From an uncultured Gammaproteobacteria bacterium (GTDB lineage: Bacteria; Patescibacteriota; Patescibacteriia; UBA1558; GWA2-36-10): a stretch of 64,000 nucleotides of DNA. The stretch's first letter is position 1. Each line of letters begins with the position of its first letter. The notes below the pieces were generated by a model that saw only the letters and a program-made list of their open reading frames with translations, ran no database searches and had not been told where the DNA came from. The DNA lies in the NCBI GenBank assembly GCA_964424615.1, contig CAYRIU010000007.1, forward strand, positions 20,052-84,051. The letters are read 5' to 3'. This document shows, piece by piece, positions 1 through 10,029 of the stretch. The translations under genes and the position numbers were made by a program.

Positions 1-3
1 TTA

Positions 4-1896
4 TTATTTTTTATCTTGATCGTTGACTTCTTTGAAATCACCTTCGACTGGCTCATCTTTTTTCTCTTCAGCTGGAGCAGCTTGATCTTGAGCGGCAGAT
101 TCTTGATAGAGAGTGGCACCAATTTTTTGCACGACTTCTTCTAGTTCGCTGATGGCTTTTTTGATAGCTTCAGTGTCCCCTGATTCTTTGACAGTGCGCA
201 AAGGCTCTAATTTATCTTCTATAGTTTTTTTATCTTCGTCTTTGATTTTTTCTTTCATGTCTTTCAAGAATTTATCAGTAGAAAAGATGACCTGATCAGC
301 ATGATTTTTGGTCTCGATAACTTCTTTTTTCTTTTTATCCTCTTCGGCATGTAGTTCAGCATCTTGCTGCATTTTTTTGATCTCTTCTTCAGATAGACCG
401 GAAGAAGATTGGATGGTGATAGATTGTTTCTTGCTAGTAGCACGATCGACAGCTGAGACATTCAAAATACCATTGGCATCAATATCAAAGCTAACTTCGA
501 TCTGTGGCACTCCACGTGGAGCTGGAGGTATGCCATACAAAGTAAAGCGTCCTAAAGTCTTGTTGTCAGCAGCCATCTCTCTCTCGCCTTGCAAGACATG
601 GATCTCGACACTATCTTGGCTGTCAGCGGCTGTAGAAAATACTTGGCTCTTGGAAGTTGGGATAGTGCTATTGCGAGCTATCAAAGGAGTGCGGATACCA
701 CCCAAAGTCTCAATACCCAAAGTCAATGGTGTCACATCAAGCAATAAAACATCTTTGACATCACCCTGGAGCACACCAGCTTGCACAGCAGCACCCAGTG
801 CTACTACTTCATCAGGATTGACGGAAATATTTGGTTTTTTGCCAAAAAAATCTTCAACAGCTTTTTGCACTAATGGCATGCGAGTCATACCACCGACCAA
901 AATCACTTCTTCTATATCGGTAGTTTTTAGCCCAGCATCAGCCAAAGCTTTGCGACAAGGCTCTAGTGTTCTTTCTACTAAATCATGAATAAGCTCTTCT
1001 AACTTGGCGCGAGTCATCTTCAAAATCAAGTGTTTTGGACCAGAAGCATCAGTGGTGATGAATGGCTGATTGATTTCTGTTTCAGCAGATGAAGACAATT
1101 CAATCTTAGCTTTTTCAGCAGCCTCTTTGAGACGTTGTAAGGCTAACTTGTCATTACTCAAATCAATACCCTCTTGTTTTTTGTACTCTTCTATAATCCA
1201 GTGAATAATTCTTTGATCAAAATCATCACCACCAAGATGAGTATCACCATTGGTTGATTTTACTTCTACTGTATCTTTGGAAACATCCAATACAGAGACA
1301 TCAAATGTACCACCGCCCAAATCATAAACTACGACTTGTTGATCTTTTTTCTTATCAAATCCATAAGCCAAAGCTGCGGCTGTTGGTTCGTTGATAATAC
1401 GTTTGACATCCAAACCAGCGATGCGACCAGCATCTTTGGTAGCCTGACGTTGTGAATCATCAAAATAAGCAGGAACAGTGATGACTGCTTCGGTGATTTT
1501 TTCACCCAAACGCTCTTCGGCATCAGCTTTGATCTTTTGTAAAATCATAGCTGAAACCTCCTGTGGTGAATAATCTTTGTCACCCATAGCCACAGCCACG
1601 CCTTCACCAGCTTTTTTGATCTGATAAGGCATGATCTTAATATCACGCTGCACTTCCTCGTCAGTGAATCTACGACCGATCAATCTTTTGACGGAAAAAA
1701 TAGTGTTGGTAGCATTGGTCACAGCCTGACGCTTGGCAATCAAACCAGCTAATCTTTCTCCGCTCTTGGATATTGCAACGACCGATGGCGTTGTTCTATT
1801 ACCTTCTTTATTTTCTAAAATTTTTGGTTGACCACCTTCAACAATAGCGACTGCTGAATTGGTAGTACCCAAATCAATTCCTATAATCTTTGCCAT
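4..1896 (-). CDS. dnaK: Molecular chaperone DnaK (Hsp70)
   Basis: [32 protein letters not shown] and [11 protein letters not shown] motifs; 630 aa. Confidence 0.99.
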   Translation of the reverse strand: MAKIIGIDLGTTNSAVAIVEGGQPKILENKEGNRTTPSVVAISKSGERLAGLIAKRQAVTNATNTIFSVKRLIGRRFTDEEVQRDIKIMPYQIKKAGEGVAVAMGDKDYSPQEVSAMILQKIKADAEERLGEKITEAVITVPAYFDDSQRQATKDAGRIAGLDVKRIINEPTAAALAYGFDKKKDQQVVVYDLGGGTFDVSVLDVSKDTVEVKSTNGDTHLGGDDFDQRIIHWIIEEYKKQEGIDLSNDKLALQRLKEAAEKAKIELSSSAETEINQPFITTDASGPKHLILKMTRAKLEELIHDLVERTLEPCRKALADAGLKTTDIEEVILVGGMTRMPLVQKAVEDFFGKKPNISVNPDEVVALGAAVQAGVLQGDVKDVLLLDVTPLTLGIETLGGIRTPLIARNSTIPTSKSQVFSTAADSQDSVEIHVLQGEREMAADNKTLGRFTLYGIPPAPRGVPQIEVSFDIDANGILNVSAVDRATSKKQSITIQSSSGLSEEEIKKMQQDAELHAEEDKKKKEVIETKNHADQVIFSTDKFLKDMKEKIKDEDKKTIEDKLEPLRTVKESGDTEAIKKAISELEEVVQKIGATLYQESAAQDQAAPAEEKKDEPVEGDFKEVNDQDKK

Positions 1897-1900
1897 ATTA

Positions 1901-2221
1901 TTAATTATTTAATAAGTTTATTAATTCTTGATTTTCTAACATTTGATGGACGCGTAAGACATCATCGGCTGATATTTCGTCGTTGGCTATAAAGCTCATC
2001 ACTTCATCAGCTTGCAAATCTGTCAAAATAGAATTACCGACAACACCTTGGGGCATAGTAGATAGTCGCGTCAATAAATGAGCTCCACAATGAGCACAAG
2101 TCATATGAGTCAGTAGTCCAAATTCATTCTCACTCAATACTTGCACCAAAGTCTGCTGATATTCACGCTGACAGACTGGACAATGCTTAATCAAACGTAA
2201 ATTAAGCGGTAAATTATCCAT
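1901..2221 (-). CDS. Hypothetical small Zn-ribbon protein (CPVC...CAHC) inside the heat-shock operon
   Basis: 106 aa with two CxxC pairs; start overlaps the hsp20 stop (TAATG) and stop lies 4 nt before the dnaK start. Confidence 0.8.
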   Translation of the reverse strand: MDNLPLNLRLIKHCPVCQREYQQTLVQVLSENEFGLLTHMTCAHCGAHLLTRLSTMPQGVVGNSILTDLQADEVMSFIANDEISADDVLRVHQMLENQELINLLNN

Positions 2222-2616
2222 TATTTTTTAATGTTAATTTTAATATTTTTTGATTTTGCTTTTTCTTCTTTTGGTAATACTATACGCAAAAGACCGTTGT
2301 CAAAATTTGCTTCTGCCTGATCACTATGTACAGACACCGGCAACAAAACGCTACGATGAAAAGAACCAGTGCGCACTTCTTTTCTATAATAATTTTTTTC
2401 ATCGATCTCGCTAGTACTTTGACGTCTACCTTCTATAGTCAATACGTCATCATTGACAGCAATATTGACCTCCTCTGGCTTGATGCCAGCTAAAGTAGCT
2501 TCAACTACTACATTTTCTTTGTCTTCATAAACATCTACCGCTGGCATAAAATTGCTCAAGCTTTTTTCGATGTTGTCAAAAGTGTCTAAAAATGGTGTCC
2601 ACGGTATTAATGACAT
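2221..2616 (-). CDS. Small heat-shock protein, Hsp20/alpha-crystallin family
   Basis: PAVDVYED, GSFHRSVLLP, AEANFDNGLLRIVLPK motifs and C-terminal IxI motif. Confidence 0.96.
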   Translation of the reverse strand: MSLIPWTPFLDTFDNIEKSLSNFMPAVDVYEDKENVVVEATLAGIKPEEVNIAVNDDVLTIEGRRQSTSEIDEKNYYRKEVRTGSFHRSVLLPVSVHSDQAEANFDNGLLRIVLPKEEKAKSKNIKINIKK

Positions 2617-2663
2617 ATATTTATTCCTTTCTATATGCCTCTAAAAGGCTTTATTTATTTTTA

Positions 2664-3167
2664 TTAATTTATATTGTTAATAATTACTTTGGCTGGCCTC
2701 AAGACGCTTTGCTGAAACATATACCCAGCCTGCACTTCTTGCACCACCACTTGATCGGCTTGCTTCTCGTCAGTGATATGCCCGACTGCTTCATGCGTAT
2801 TAGGATCAAAACTATGACCAATACTGACAATTCTTTCTATTTTGTGATCGCGTAAAAAGTTTTGCCAAAGCTTCAAAGTGTGTTCTAAACCCTGTACCCA
2901 AGAATCTTTTTTTTGCTCTGGTGGTACATGACTCAAAGCTATTTCATAATTATCAAATATCGGCAACAATTCAGAAACTACTGAGGATAATACAAAGTCA
3001 TTGAGCTGAGCTAGACGCTGATCACTTTCTCTTTGTAGATTCTGATAGTCAGCCAAAGCTTTTTTCCAACCAGCTAGATTGATAGCTGCTTCGTCTGGAA
3101 TAGATGTATCCACTATATCTTCTCCGTCGTTCTGTGTATTGATTGTATCTTTTGTTTCTTCGTCCAT
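2664..3167 (-). CDS. grpE: Nucleotide exchange factor GrpE
   Basis: ADYQN, LLPIFDN, FDPNTHEAV, GY...VLRPAKV motifs; between hrcA and dnaK. Confidence 0.97.
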   Translation of the reverse strand: MDEETKDTINTQNDGEDIVDTSIPDEAAINLAGWKKALADYQNLQRESDQRLAQLNDFVLSSVVSELLPIFDNYEIALSHVPPEQKKDSWVQGLEHTLKLWQNFLRDHKIERIVSIGHSFDPNTHEAVGHITDEKQADQVVVQEVQAGYMFQQSVLRPAKVIINNIN

Positions 3168-3168
3168 A

Positions 3169-3834
3169 TTATTTTACAATTTTAGTTACTGAATCCATGA
3201 GGCCCAATGCTTGATTATAATTCATACGCAATGGCCCTAAAAATGCCAACAAAGATTTTTCTGGAGTATTCAATGGAGCTATGACTACCGAACAATGTTC
3301 TGACCAGGGATTTTCCGCTCCCAATAATACCTGCGGCCTATCTATCTTGTGAAACATATTGGACATAGCTCGCTCCAATGAATCAACCACTTGACTCATG
3401 GACAAGACCATTTTGTAATCTTCAAATTCTGGCTGAGAAAACAAATTGAACAAACCAGTGATATAAATATCATTTGATTCGCGACTCAAGATCATTGCTA
3501 AATTTGTTTTGTCAGACAAAGCTTTGACCAAATGACGAATGTCCGATTTATAAGCACTAGCTAAATCATCAAAGTCTTTGTGACTAGAATTTTCTACTGA
3601 CAATAAATTGTCCAAATAGTATCTATAGCCACTAGCAGTAGGAATGCGACCAGCTGAAGTATAAGGTTGCATGATAAAACCACGGTCTTCAAGATCAGCC
3701 ATTTCATTGCGGATAGTGGCTGCACTCAAATCAAAGCCACTCTCCTCAGCCAAGATCTTGGAACCAACTGGTTTAGCTGTGGCAATGTATTGCTCTACAA
3801 TAGCTTTTAATAATTTATCATGTCTAATCTCCAT
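3169..3834 (-). CDS. hrcA: Heat-inducible transcription repressor HrcA (short form; start reassigned to ATG 3834)
   Basis: YIATAKPVGSK, SAATIRNEMADLE, PYTSAGRIPT, LGPLRMNY motifs; the ORF-track start (3861) lies inside the CIRCE/promoter. Confidence 0.95.
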   Translation of the reverse strand: MEIRHDKLLKAIVEQYIATAKPVGSKILAEESGFDLSAATIRNEMADLEDRGFIMQPYTSAGRIPTASGYRYYLDNLLSVENSSHKDFDDLASAYKSDIRHLVKALSDKTNLAMILSRESNDIYITGLFNLFSQPEFEDYKMVLSMSQVVDSLERAMSNMFHKIDRPQVLLGAENPWSEHCSVVIAPLNTPEKSLLAFLGPLRMNYNQALGLMDSVTKIVK

Positions 3835-3841
3835 ATGAAGT

Positions 3842-3871
3842 ATTATAAAGCAAATTAGCACTCTATGTCAA
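3842..3871 (-). promoter_or_regulatory. Sigma70 promoter of the hrcA-dnaK operon
   Basis: Minus-strand TTGACA (3871-3866, inside the CIRCE spacer), 18 nt, TATAAT (3847-3842), then 7 nt to the ATG. Confidence 0.85.
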
Positions 3872-3881
3872 GGAGTGCTAA
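3855..3881. promoter_or_regulatory. CIRCE operator (HrcA site) upstream of hrcA
   Basis: Exact TTAGCACTC-tatgtcaag-GAGTGCTAA. Confidence 0.98.
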
Positions 3882-3903
3882 AAATACGCATTTTCCTCTT
3901 ATT

Positions 3904-5139
3904 TTACTCACGTCTTAGGGCTGTAATAGGGTCCAACTCAGCGGCTTTTTTGGCTGGATATGAGCCAAATATCAGGCCTACCAAAGTGGAGAAAACTAAA
4001 GACACAAAAATACCAATTAAAGATATGCTAAAAGGCCACACAAAACCATAACTATTGGCAATGATATATACCAAGTAGGTCACTATTGTGCCAACAATCA
4101 CGCCACCTACCCCACCCAAGATTGTGATAATCACTGCTTCTGTCAAAAACTGCCGTAAGATATTTTTTTTGGTAGAACCAACGGCTTTACGCAAACCAAT
4201 TTCAAATGTGCGCTCAGCAACTGTAGCATACATAATATTCATGATACCGACTCCACCGACAATCAAAGAAACCATAGCCAAAGCAATCAACAAAAGTGTC
4301 ACTCCACCAATAATAGTATTTAATATGTTCACTGCATCAGCCATAGTAGAAACCTGAAAATCATCACGCTTGGGATCTGTGATATCGTGTCTATCGCGCA
4401 ATATAGCTATAATCTCATCTTTGGTTTCTTCGCTTTTTTTGACATCAATCATCTGAGCGCCGACTGATTGTATGTAGTTGACGCCCAAAATCAATTTTTG
4501 AGTAGTCTGTAATGGAATATAAGCTAAAGTATCATAATCAAAAAATAGCACTGTACCTTGTGATTCCATAACACCAATGACTTTATAATTCATTTTATTG
4601 ATTTTGACGTTCTGGCCCAAGGCTTCACTACTCCCAAATAAATCTTCTTTGACTTTACTGCCCAGGACTATCACCCTGGCCATATTGTCATCTTCTTCCT
4701 TGGTATAAAAACGTCCTTCAGCCAAATCAATAGTGCCCATCTCAATATATTCGCTACTGACACCAAAAATAATAGTCTTTTTTACATTACCTTCCCAAGA
4801 TAATAAATCTTGAGCCATCACATGTCCATAACTTCTACTAATATTTGGTATCTTATTAATAGCTGCTCTATCATCCAAAGTCAGTGTAGTAATGACCACA
4901 CCAGTAGCCTGTGAAGAAACTCCTCCACTTTCTTGAGGTACTCTAGTTTCTGCTTGGATCAAATTGGAGCCAAAAGAAGCCAATTGACCATTGACCAATT
5001 TTTTCATGCTATCACCAGCAGAGACTATAATCATGACCGAAGAAATACCAATAATAACACCTAAAACTGTCAAAAGAGTACGAATCTTATTGATTCGTAA
5101 AGTTCTAATGGACATTTTTATAATTTCTCTATATGTCAT
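3904..5139 (-). CDS. ABC transporter permease, MacB/FtsX family
   Basis: RTLLTVLGVIIGISSV, VGGVGIMNIM, ERTFEIGLRKAVG, YPAKKAAELDPITALR. Confidence 0.95.
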   Translation of the reverse strand: MTYREIIKMSIRTLRINKIRTLLTVLGVIIGISSVMIIVSAGDSMKKLVNGQLASFGSNLIQAETRVPQESGGVSSQATGVVITTLTLDDRAAINKIPNISRSYGHVMAQDLLSWEGNVKKTIIFGVSSEYIEMGTIDLAEGRFYTKEEDDNMARVIVLGSKVKEDLFGSSEALGQNVKINKMNYKVIGVMESQGTVLFFDYDTLAYIPLQTTQKLILGVNYIQSVGAQMIDVKKSEETKDEIIAILRDRHDITDPKRDDFQVSTMADAVNILNTIIGGVTLLLIALAMVSLIVGGVGIMNIMYATVAERTFEIGLRKAVGSTKKNILRQFLTEAVIITILGGVGGVIVGTIVTYLVYIIANSYGFVWPFSISLIGIFVSLVFSTLVGLIFGSYPAKKAAELDPITALRRE

Positions 5140-6377
5140 TATTCGTATCTTAACGCATCTATTGGATTAAGTTCAGCGGCTTTTTTGGCTGGATACCAAC
5201 CAGATAGCAAGCCGACTAAAAATGTAAAACCAACAGCCAAAACTACAGACTGCCAAGTAACTACAAAATCCCAAGCATAGCCTAAATAATTAGCCACTAC
5301 ACTCACCAACCAAGAAATAAGTACTCCAAAAAATATACCAAATAAACCACCGACCATACTCAAAACAATAGTCTGTACCAAAAATTGTATACTAATATCA
5401 CGACGACGAGCTCCGACTGCTTTACGTAGACCAATCTCACGAGTACTTTCATTAATTGAAACAAGCATGATATTCATAATACCGATACCACCAACAATCA
5501 AAGATATGCCAGCAACCATAGCCAAAAAATAGCTCAAAGCATTGGTCAAAGAATTCAAAGTATCCAAAGCCTGTACCTGAGAACGCACAGTAAAATCATC
5601 TTGCTCAGGATTACTGATATTATGACGCTCACGTATGACTCTCTGAATACTATCAATCGCTAAATCCATATCAGTATTTGGAGCCACCTTAAAACGTATG
5701 ACATTGACATAGTTGATGCCAAGCATAATTTTTTGTGCAGTATTGAGTGGTATAAAAACTTGATTATCTTGGCTTTGAAAAAAAGTACTACCACGACTTT
5801 TCATAACACCGATGACATCAAAATTTTCTTTATTTATTTTGATATGAGCACTCAGTGGATCGCTATTATTAAACAAGGCTTCAGCTACTTCACTACCTAA
5901 TACCACTACACGAGCGGCGGAACCATCTTCTTCTTCACTAAAAAAACGACCTCGCGCGACATCGGTAGCTTCCACAGCCAAATAACTAGGAGTAACTCCA
6001 GCAAAGCTAGTGTCTTTTGTCTGATTTTGCCAACTAGCAGTCGCTGAACCACGCACATAAGCTGTAAAATTTTCTATCTCTGGAACTTGGGCCACAACTG
6101 CCTGTCCATCAGAATATTTTAGTGTAGTAATATTAATACCCATCACCGAGGCTGGTGGACCATTTGATTCACTAGCGCCAGGTAATACTCCTATCAAATC
6201 AGAACCAACGCCTTTGATCTGGTTGACTACCAAACTCTGTGCTCCAGCGCCCAAAGATATGATGATAATCACCGAAGAAATGCCGATAATAATACCTAGA
6301 GAAGTCAAAAACGAGCGCATCTTATTACGCTTTACCATAGCCCAAGTAGTGATGACTGGATGCCAATCAAAATGCAT
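5139..6377 (-). CDS. ABC transporter permease, MacB/FtsX family (paralog)
   Basis: RSFLTSLGIIIGI, VGGIGIMNIMLVS, EIGLRKAVGA, PAKKAAELNPIDALRYE. Confidence 0.95.
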   Translation of the reverse strand: MHFDWHPVITTWAMVKRNKMRSFLTSLGIIIGISSVIIIISLGAGAQSLVVNQIKGVGSDLIGVLPGASESNGPPASVMGINITTLKYSDGQAVVAQVPEIENFTAYVRGSATASWQNQTKDTSFAGVTPSYLAVEATDVARGRFFSEEEDGSAARVVVLGSEVAEALFNNSDPLSAHIKINKENFDVIGVMKSRGSTFFQSQDNQVFIPLNTAQKIMLGINYVNVIRFKVAPNTDMDLAIDSIQRVIRERHNISNPEQDDFTVRSQVQALDTLNSLTNALSYFLAMVAGISLIVGGIGIMNIMLVSINESTREIGLRKAVGARRRDISIQFLVQTIVLSMVGGLFGIFFGVLISWLVSVVANYLGYAWDFVVTWQSVVLAVGFTFLVGLLSGWYPAKKAAELNPIDALRYE

Positions 6378-6404
6378 ACTTTGTTTAAAATTGATACTAG
6401 GTGA

Positions 6405-7112
6405 TTATTTTACTAACTCTGTTTTTTCAGCAATGATTTGATCTTTGTTTTGCTCATCACTGACAATTTCGCCATCTTTGATACGTACTATACGCTGAGC
6501 ATGTTTGGCTGTATTGGTTTCATGAGTGACCAATATGATAGTGTGTCCTTCGGCATTTAGCTTCTGCAAAATAGCCATAATCTGCGTACCAGACTTGGAA
6601 TCAAGATTACCAGTGGGCTCATCAGCAAAGATAATATCAGGATTATTGACCAAAGCTCTAGCAATAGCCACTCTTTGCTTTTCTCCTCCAGACAATTGAT
6701 TGGATAAATATTGTGATCGATGACTGAGCTCTACACTGGCAATAGCCTGGTCAACCTTCTTCACATCCACCGCTTCACCAGAATACAATAATGGCAAACG
6801 CACATTTTCCCAGACTGATGTTTTGGGTAATAAATTAAAACTCTGAAAAATAAAACCAACTTTTTTATTACGATACACGGCTAAAGTATCATCATCCAAA
6901 GAAGATACATCCTTGTCTTGAAAAATATATTTACCGCTAGTCAAAGTATCCAAAAATCCTAGTATATGCATCAAGGTAGACTTACCAGATCCAGATGGTC
7001 CCATGATGGCTAAAAATTCGCCTTTGCTAATCTTTAAATTTATATCATGCAAAACCGGAGTGACCACCTCTTCGTTGGTATAATCTTTTTGTAGATTAAT
7101 GAGTTCTATCAT
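6405..7112 (-). CDS. ABC transporter ATP-binding protein (MacB/LolD type)
   Basis: Walker [33 protein letters not shown]. Confidence 0.97.
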   Translation of the reverse strand: MIELINLQKDYTNEEVVTPVLHDINLKISKGEFLAIMGPSGSGKSTLMHILGFLDTLTSGKYIFQDKDVSSLDDDTLAVYRNKKVGFIFQSFNLLPKTSVWENVRLPLLYSGEAVDVKKVDQAIASVELSHRSQYLSNQLSGGEKQRVAIARALVNNPDIIFADEPTGNLDSKSGTQIMAILQKLNAEGHTIILVTHETNTAKHAQRIVRIKDGEIVSDEQNKDQIIAEKTELVK

Positions 7113-7113
7113 T

Positions 7114-8787
7114 TTATTTAGCGTTTTTTATAGAAATAATGACTTTGTCACCAGCTTCTAAACCAGAAGTGATCTCCCACAGACCATCGTCACCCTTGAG
7201 ACCAACTTGCACTTCTTTTTCTACTGGCTTATCATCTTGTAAAACCTGCACAAATCTCACGTCACCACGAGCTGACACAGAGCGTGATGGCACTACCAGC
7301 ACTTCATCTTTACTATTAGTCAATATAGTGAGATTGGCGGTCATGCCTGATTTTATCTTATCGTCTTGGACATTGAAGCCAACTGTCACTTTGTAATAAA
7401 TGACCTCACTAATCACTGTAGAAGCTGGATCTATAAATGTCACAGTGCCAGTAAACACTTGATCATTACCAAAAGCATCCAAAGTAATATCTACCGTATC
7501 ACCAACTTTGAGCTTGGTAATATCAGATTCTGGTACATCTACTTTAATCTGAGTAGCACTCAAGCCAATCATGGAGATAGCAGCTTGTGACATACTGGAT
7601 TGCTCACCAACATCGACATTGATCTTGGTGACAATACCATCGACTGGGGCCTTGATCATAGTATCAGACATCAGACTATAATACCTGGCCAAAGTGGCTT
7701 CAGCCCGTCTAACATTGGCTCTTGCTATATCCAAATCAAATGATCTAGCTGGCGCTTTTTTCAAATCAAGACGAGCTTGGGCTAAATTAAGATTATTCAA
7801 AGCAGAAATCACACTATTATTAGCAGCTGTGATCTGACCTTGATAATATATTTCTTTGTTTCTGATATTACTGGCTGCTGACTGAGTAGTAGATATAGCA
7901 GTATTCAAAGCAGTACTCTGAGTATTCAAGCTAGCTTTCAAAGTAGAAATGACTGTCGGCGTGTAAACATTAGTAGTCACCGTAGCTAACATAACATTAT
8001 AAGTATTGGTCACTAAATCTGAAGTCAGTTCCAAGCTTTGCTTCAAAACATCCAAGGCTGCCAATATATCTGTTTGATCTTTGGTGTTTTTAGCTTTTTC
8101 AATATAGCTTGATAAACTATTCACTTGAGAGAGTACTTGATTGTACTGAATTTTGGTGTTGGTCAAAAATTGTACATCAGTCACGAATAAATATGTATCA
8201 GCATCACTATCCATGATAGCGTCATTGACCACATCCAAAGAATACTGAATAGTAAAATATTTATCACTCAAAGTATTCAAACCTACTGTTTTATAATTAT
8301 CCATCTCCTGATTGCTCGTCAATTGCAAATTACTCTGCGCATCTAGAGCAGTCTGATAAGCGGATTTGGCATTATCAAGCTCCCTTTGAGTCACTTCAAT
8401 ATCTTCGCTGCTAGCCCCGGCTATTAGCTGAGCCAAATTACTTTTGGCCACATCTACTGCGGCTTGGGCATCGGCTACTTGTGAGGCCACATCACCAGCT
8501 GATAATCTAGCCAAAATTTGGTTAGCTTTTACCTGATCGCCAACCTTGACTAGCATAGCCCCTACACGTCCACTAGCAGCAAAATTAAGATTGATATCAT
8601 CAGCTGATTCTACAGTACCAGTCACCTCCACAGTTTGTTTTAAATTTTTGATGACAGCGTCCTCTGTGGTATAAACTGGTTTATTTTTATTTATAGCACC
8701 AATAACTACAAAAACCACAATTAACACAACAACTAGCAGTGGTATCCAATATCTTTTTTTTTTGAGCTTTAAAAATAATGTTTTCAT
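7114..8787 (-). CDS. Efflux membrane fusion (adaptor) protein, MacA/YknX-like, with a long coiled-coil hairpin
   Basis: N-terminal TM, VKVGDQV, IKAPVDGIV, VPESDI, GMTANL, GLEAGDKV; 557 aa. Confidence 0.92.
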   Translation of the reverse strand: MKTLFLKLKKKRYWIPLLVVVLIVVFVVIGAINKNKPVYTTEDAVIKNLKQTVEVTGTVESADDINLNFAASGRVGAMLVKVGDQVKANQILARLSAGDVASQVADAQAAVDVAKSNLAQLIAGASSEDIEVTQRELDNAKSAYQTALDAQSNLQLTSNQEMDNYKTVGLNTLSDKYFTIQYSLDVVNDAIMDSDADTYLFVTDVQFLTNTKIQYNQVLSQVNSLSSYIEKAKNTKDQTDILAALDVLKQSLELTSDLVTNTYNVMLATVTTNVYTPTVISTLKASLNTQSTALNTAISTTQSAASNIRNKEIYYQGQITAANNSVISALNNLNLAQARLDLKKAPARSFDLDIARANVRRAEATLARYYSLMSDTMIKAPVDGIVTKINVDVGEQSSMSQAAISMIGLSATQIKVDVPESDITKLKVGDTVDITLDAFGNDQVFTGTVTFIDPASTVISEVIYYKVTVGFNVQDDKIKSGMTANLTILTNSKDEVLVVPSRSVSARGDVRFVQVLQDDKPVEKEVQVGLKGDDGLWEITSGLEAGDKVIISIKNAK

Positions 8788-8851
8788 CTCTTTAGAAATT
8801 TATCTAATAAATATAATTTTAATATCTAGGCTAAGACCTCTATATAACATA

Positions 8852-8878
8852 TTAGCACTCTATATTATAGAGTGCTAA
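8852..8878. promoter_or_regulatory. Second CIRCE operator, upstream of the MacAB-type operon
   Basis: Exact TTAGCACTC-tatattata-GAGTGCTAA. Confidence 0.96.
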
Positions 8879-8892
8879 TATTTTTTTGTCAA
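8864..8892 (-). promoter_or_regulatory. Consensus sigma70 promoter of the ABC operon
   Basis: Minus-strand TTGACA (8892-8887), 17 nt, TATAAT (8869-8864, inside the CIRCE spacer). Confidence 0.9.
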
Positions 8893-8947
8893 TTTAATAA
8901 ATTAAGCAAAAACATTATTAAATAAACATAAATTGTGGTAATAAAAA

Positions 8948-9454
8948 CTATCTAACAACTTCAATATTTTGAGTATTATAACTGTCGCAAGCACCAACTA
9001 TCATTTTACCAGTGGACTCTCTATAGAAATAATAGCCACTATTTCTGGCATCAGTGCCATAGGAAAAATTTGGATCTAATGGTATCTGACCCATGTAGCC
9101 GTTGGTCACTAAAGCTGATAAATCGATCAAAGCTGTGGTGGTAGTTGGATTACCTTTAGTAACTGTCTGGCATGTAGCAAAGGCCGTTCCACCAGTAGTA
9201 GTAGCAATGGAGTAAGTTACACCAGATGTAGGAGAAGGAGTGGTGGTGGGATGCGTACCACCGTTATCAGCCAAATAAGCACTATAAGCGTCTGCTATAG
9301 CGGTCACATCAGACCAACGTCTAGCATTATTAGCGTCACCTACTCTTTTGGCTGGATTGATAGCCACAAATGTAGCGGCAGCTAGCAAGGCAATGACTGC
9401 TATGACGATGATTAACTCTATAAGAGTAAAACCTTTTGTAAATTTTTTTCTCAT
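8948..9454 (-). CDS. Type IV pilin (major-pilin-like)
   Basis: Class III signal KG|FTLIEL with a hydrophobic helix; C-terminal Cys pair. Confidence 0.92.
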   Translation of the reverse strand: MRKKFTKGFTLIELIIVIAVIALLAAATFVAINPAKRVGDANNARRWSDVTAIADAYSAYLADNGGTHPTTTPSPTSGVTYSIATTTGGTAFATCQTVTKGNPTTTTALIDLSALVTNGYMGQIPLDPNFSYGTDARNSGYYFYRESTGKMIVGACDSYNTQNIEVVR

Positions 9455-9479
9455 ATTTTTTTATTTAATATTATAAATT

Positions 9480-9956
9480 TTATCTGACTAAAACTGGATA
9501 ATTTGTTCCATATTTTTTACACGAGCCTATTTTTAACTTACCAGAATCTTCGCGATACAACCAATATAAAGTATTATAACCATTAGAGCTAGTATATAAA
9601 GGATCTTTCGGAATCTGCCCAATATAGCCATCATCAATCAAAGTATCTAAAACCAAAAAAGCTGATGTTGTAGTAGCATCACAACCAGCTGTACCACTAC
9701 CACCAGTAGTAGTAGCTAACATATAAGTCACACCGCTAGACATTGTAGAACTTGGTAATGAGCTATTATTATCTGCTAGATAGGCCTGGAAGGCATCAGC
9801 TACAGCTGATAAATCCTGCCACCTAGTGGCATCTCCTGCATTACCTACTCTCCTTGCTGGATTGATAGCTACGAATGTAGCAGCAGCTAGTAAGGCAATG
9901 ATAGCAATAACAATAATCAACTCAATTAATGTAAACCCTTGATTTTTATTTTCCAT
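9480..9956 (-). CDS. Type IV pilin (major-pilin-like), tandem paralog
   Basis: QG|FTLIELIIVIAIIALLAAATFVAINPA, nearly identical N-terminus to the neighbouring pilin. Confidence 0.92.
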   Translation of the reverse strand: MENKNQGFTLIELIIVIAIIALLAAATFVAINPARRVGNAGDATRWQDLSAVADAFQAYLADNNSSLPSSTMSSGVTYMLATTTGGSGTAGCDATTTSAFLVLDTLIDDGYIGQIPKDPLYTSSNGYNTLYWLYREDSGKLKIGSCKKYGTNYPVLVR

Positions 9957-9978
9957 GTAAAAATATAATAATGTTTAT

Positions 9979-9987
9979 ATTATAACA
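9979..9987 (-). promoter_or_regulatory. Extended -10 promoter of the pilin pair
   Basis: Minus-strand TGTTATAAT, 22 nt upstream of the ATG at 9956. Confidence 0.6.
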
Positions 9988-10029
9988 TGTTTTTGTATTT
10001 TAAGACAGTATCTTATTTATCCACAAGCC

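Noticed and set aside
308-988. 226-aa plus-strand ORF and the many other short antisense or alternate-frame ORFs in the track
   Set aside because: Shadows of well-supported genes (here dnaK) with no motifs of their own.
10017-10025. Perfect DnaA box TTATCCACA
   Set aside because: Single copy with no cluster or dnaA nearby; not enough for an origin or regulatory call.
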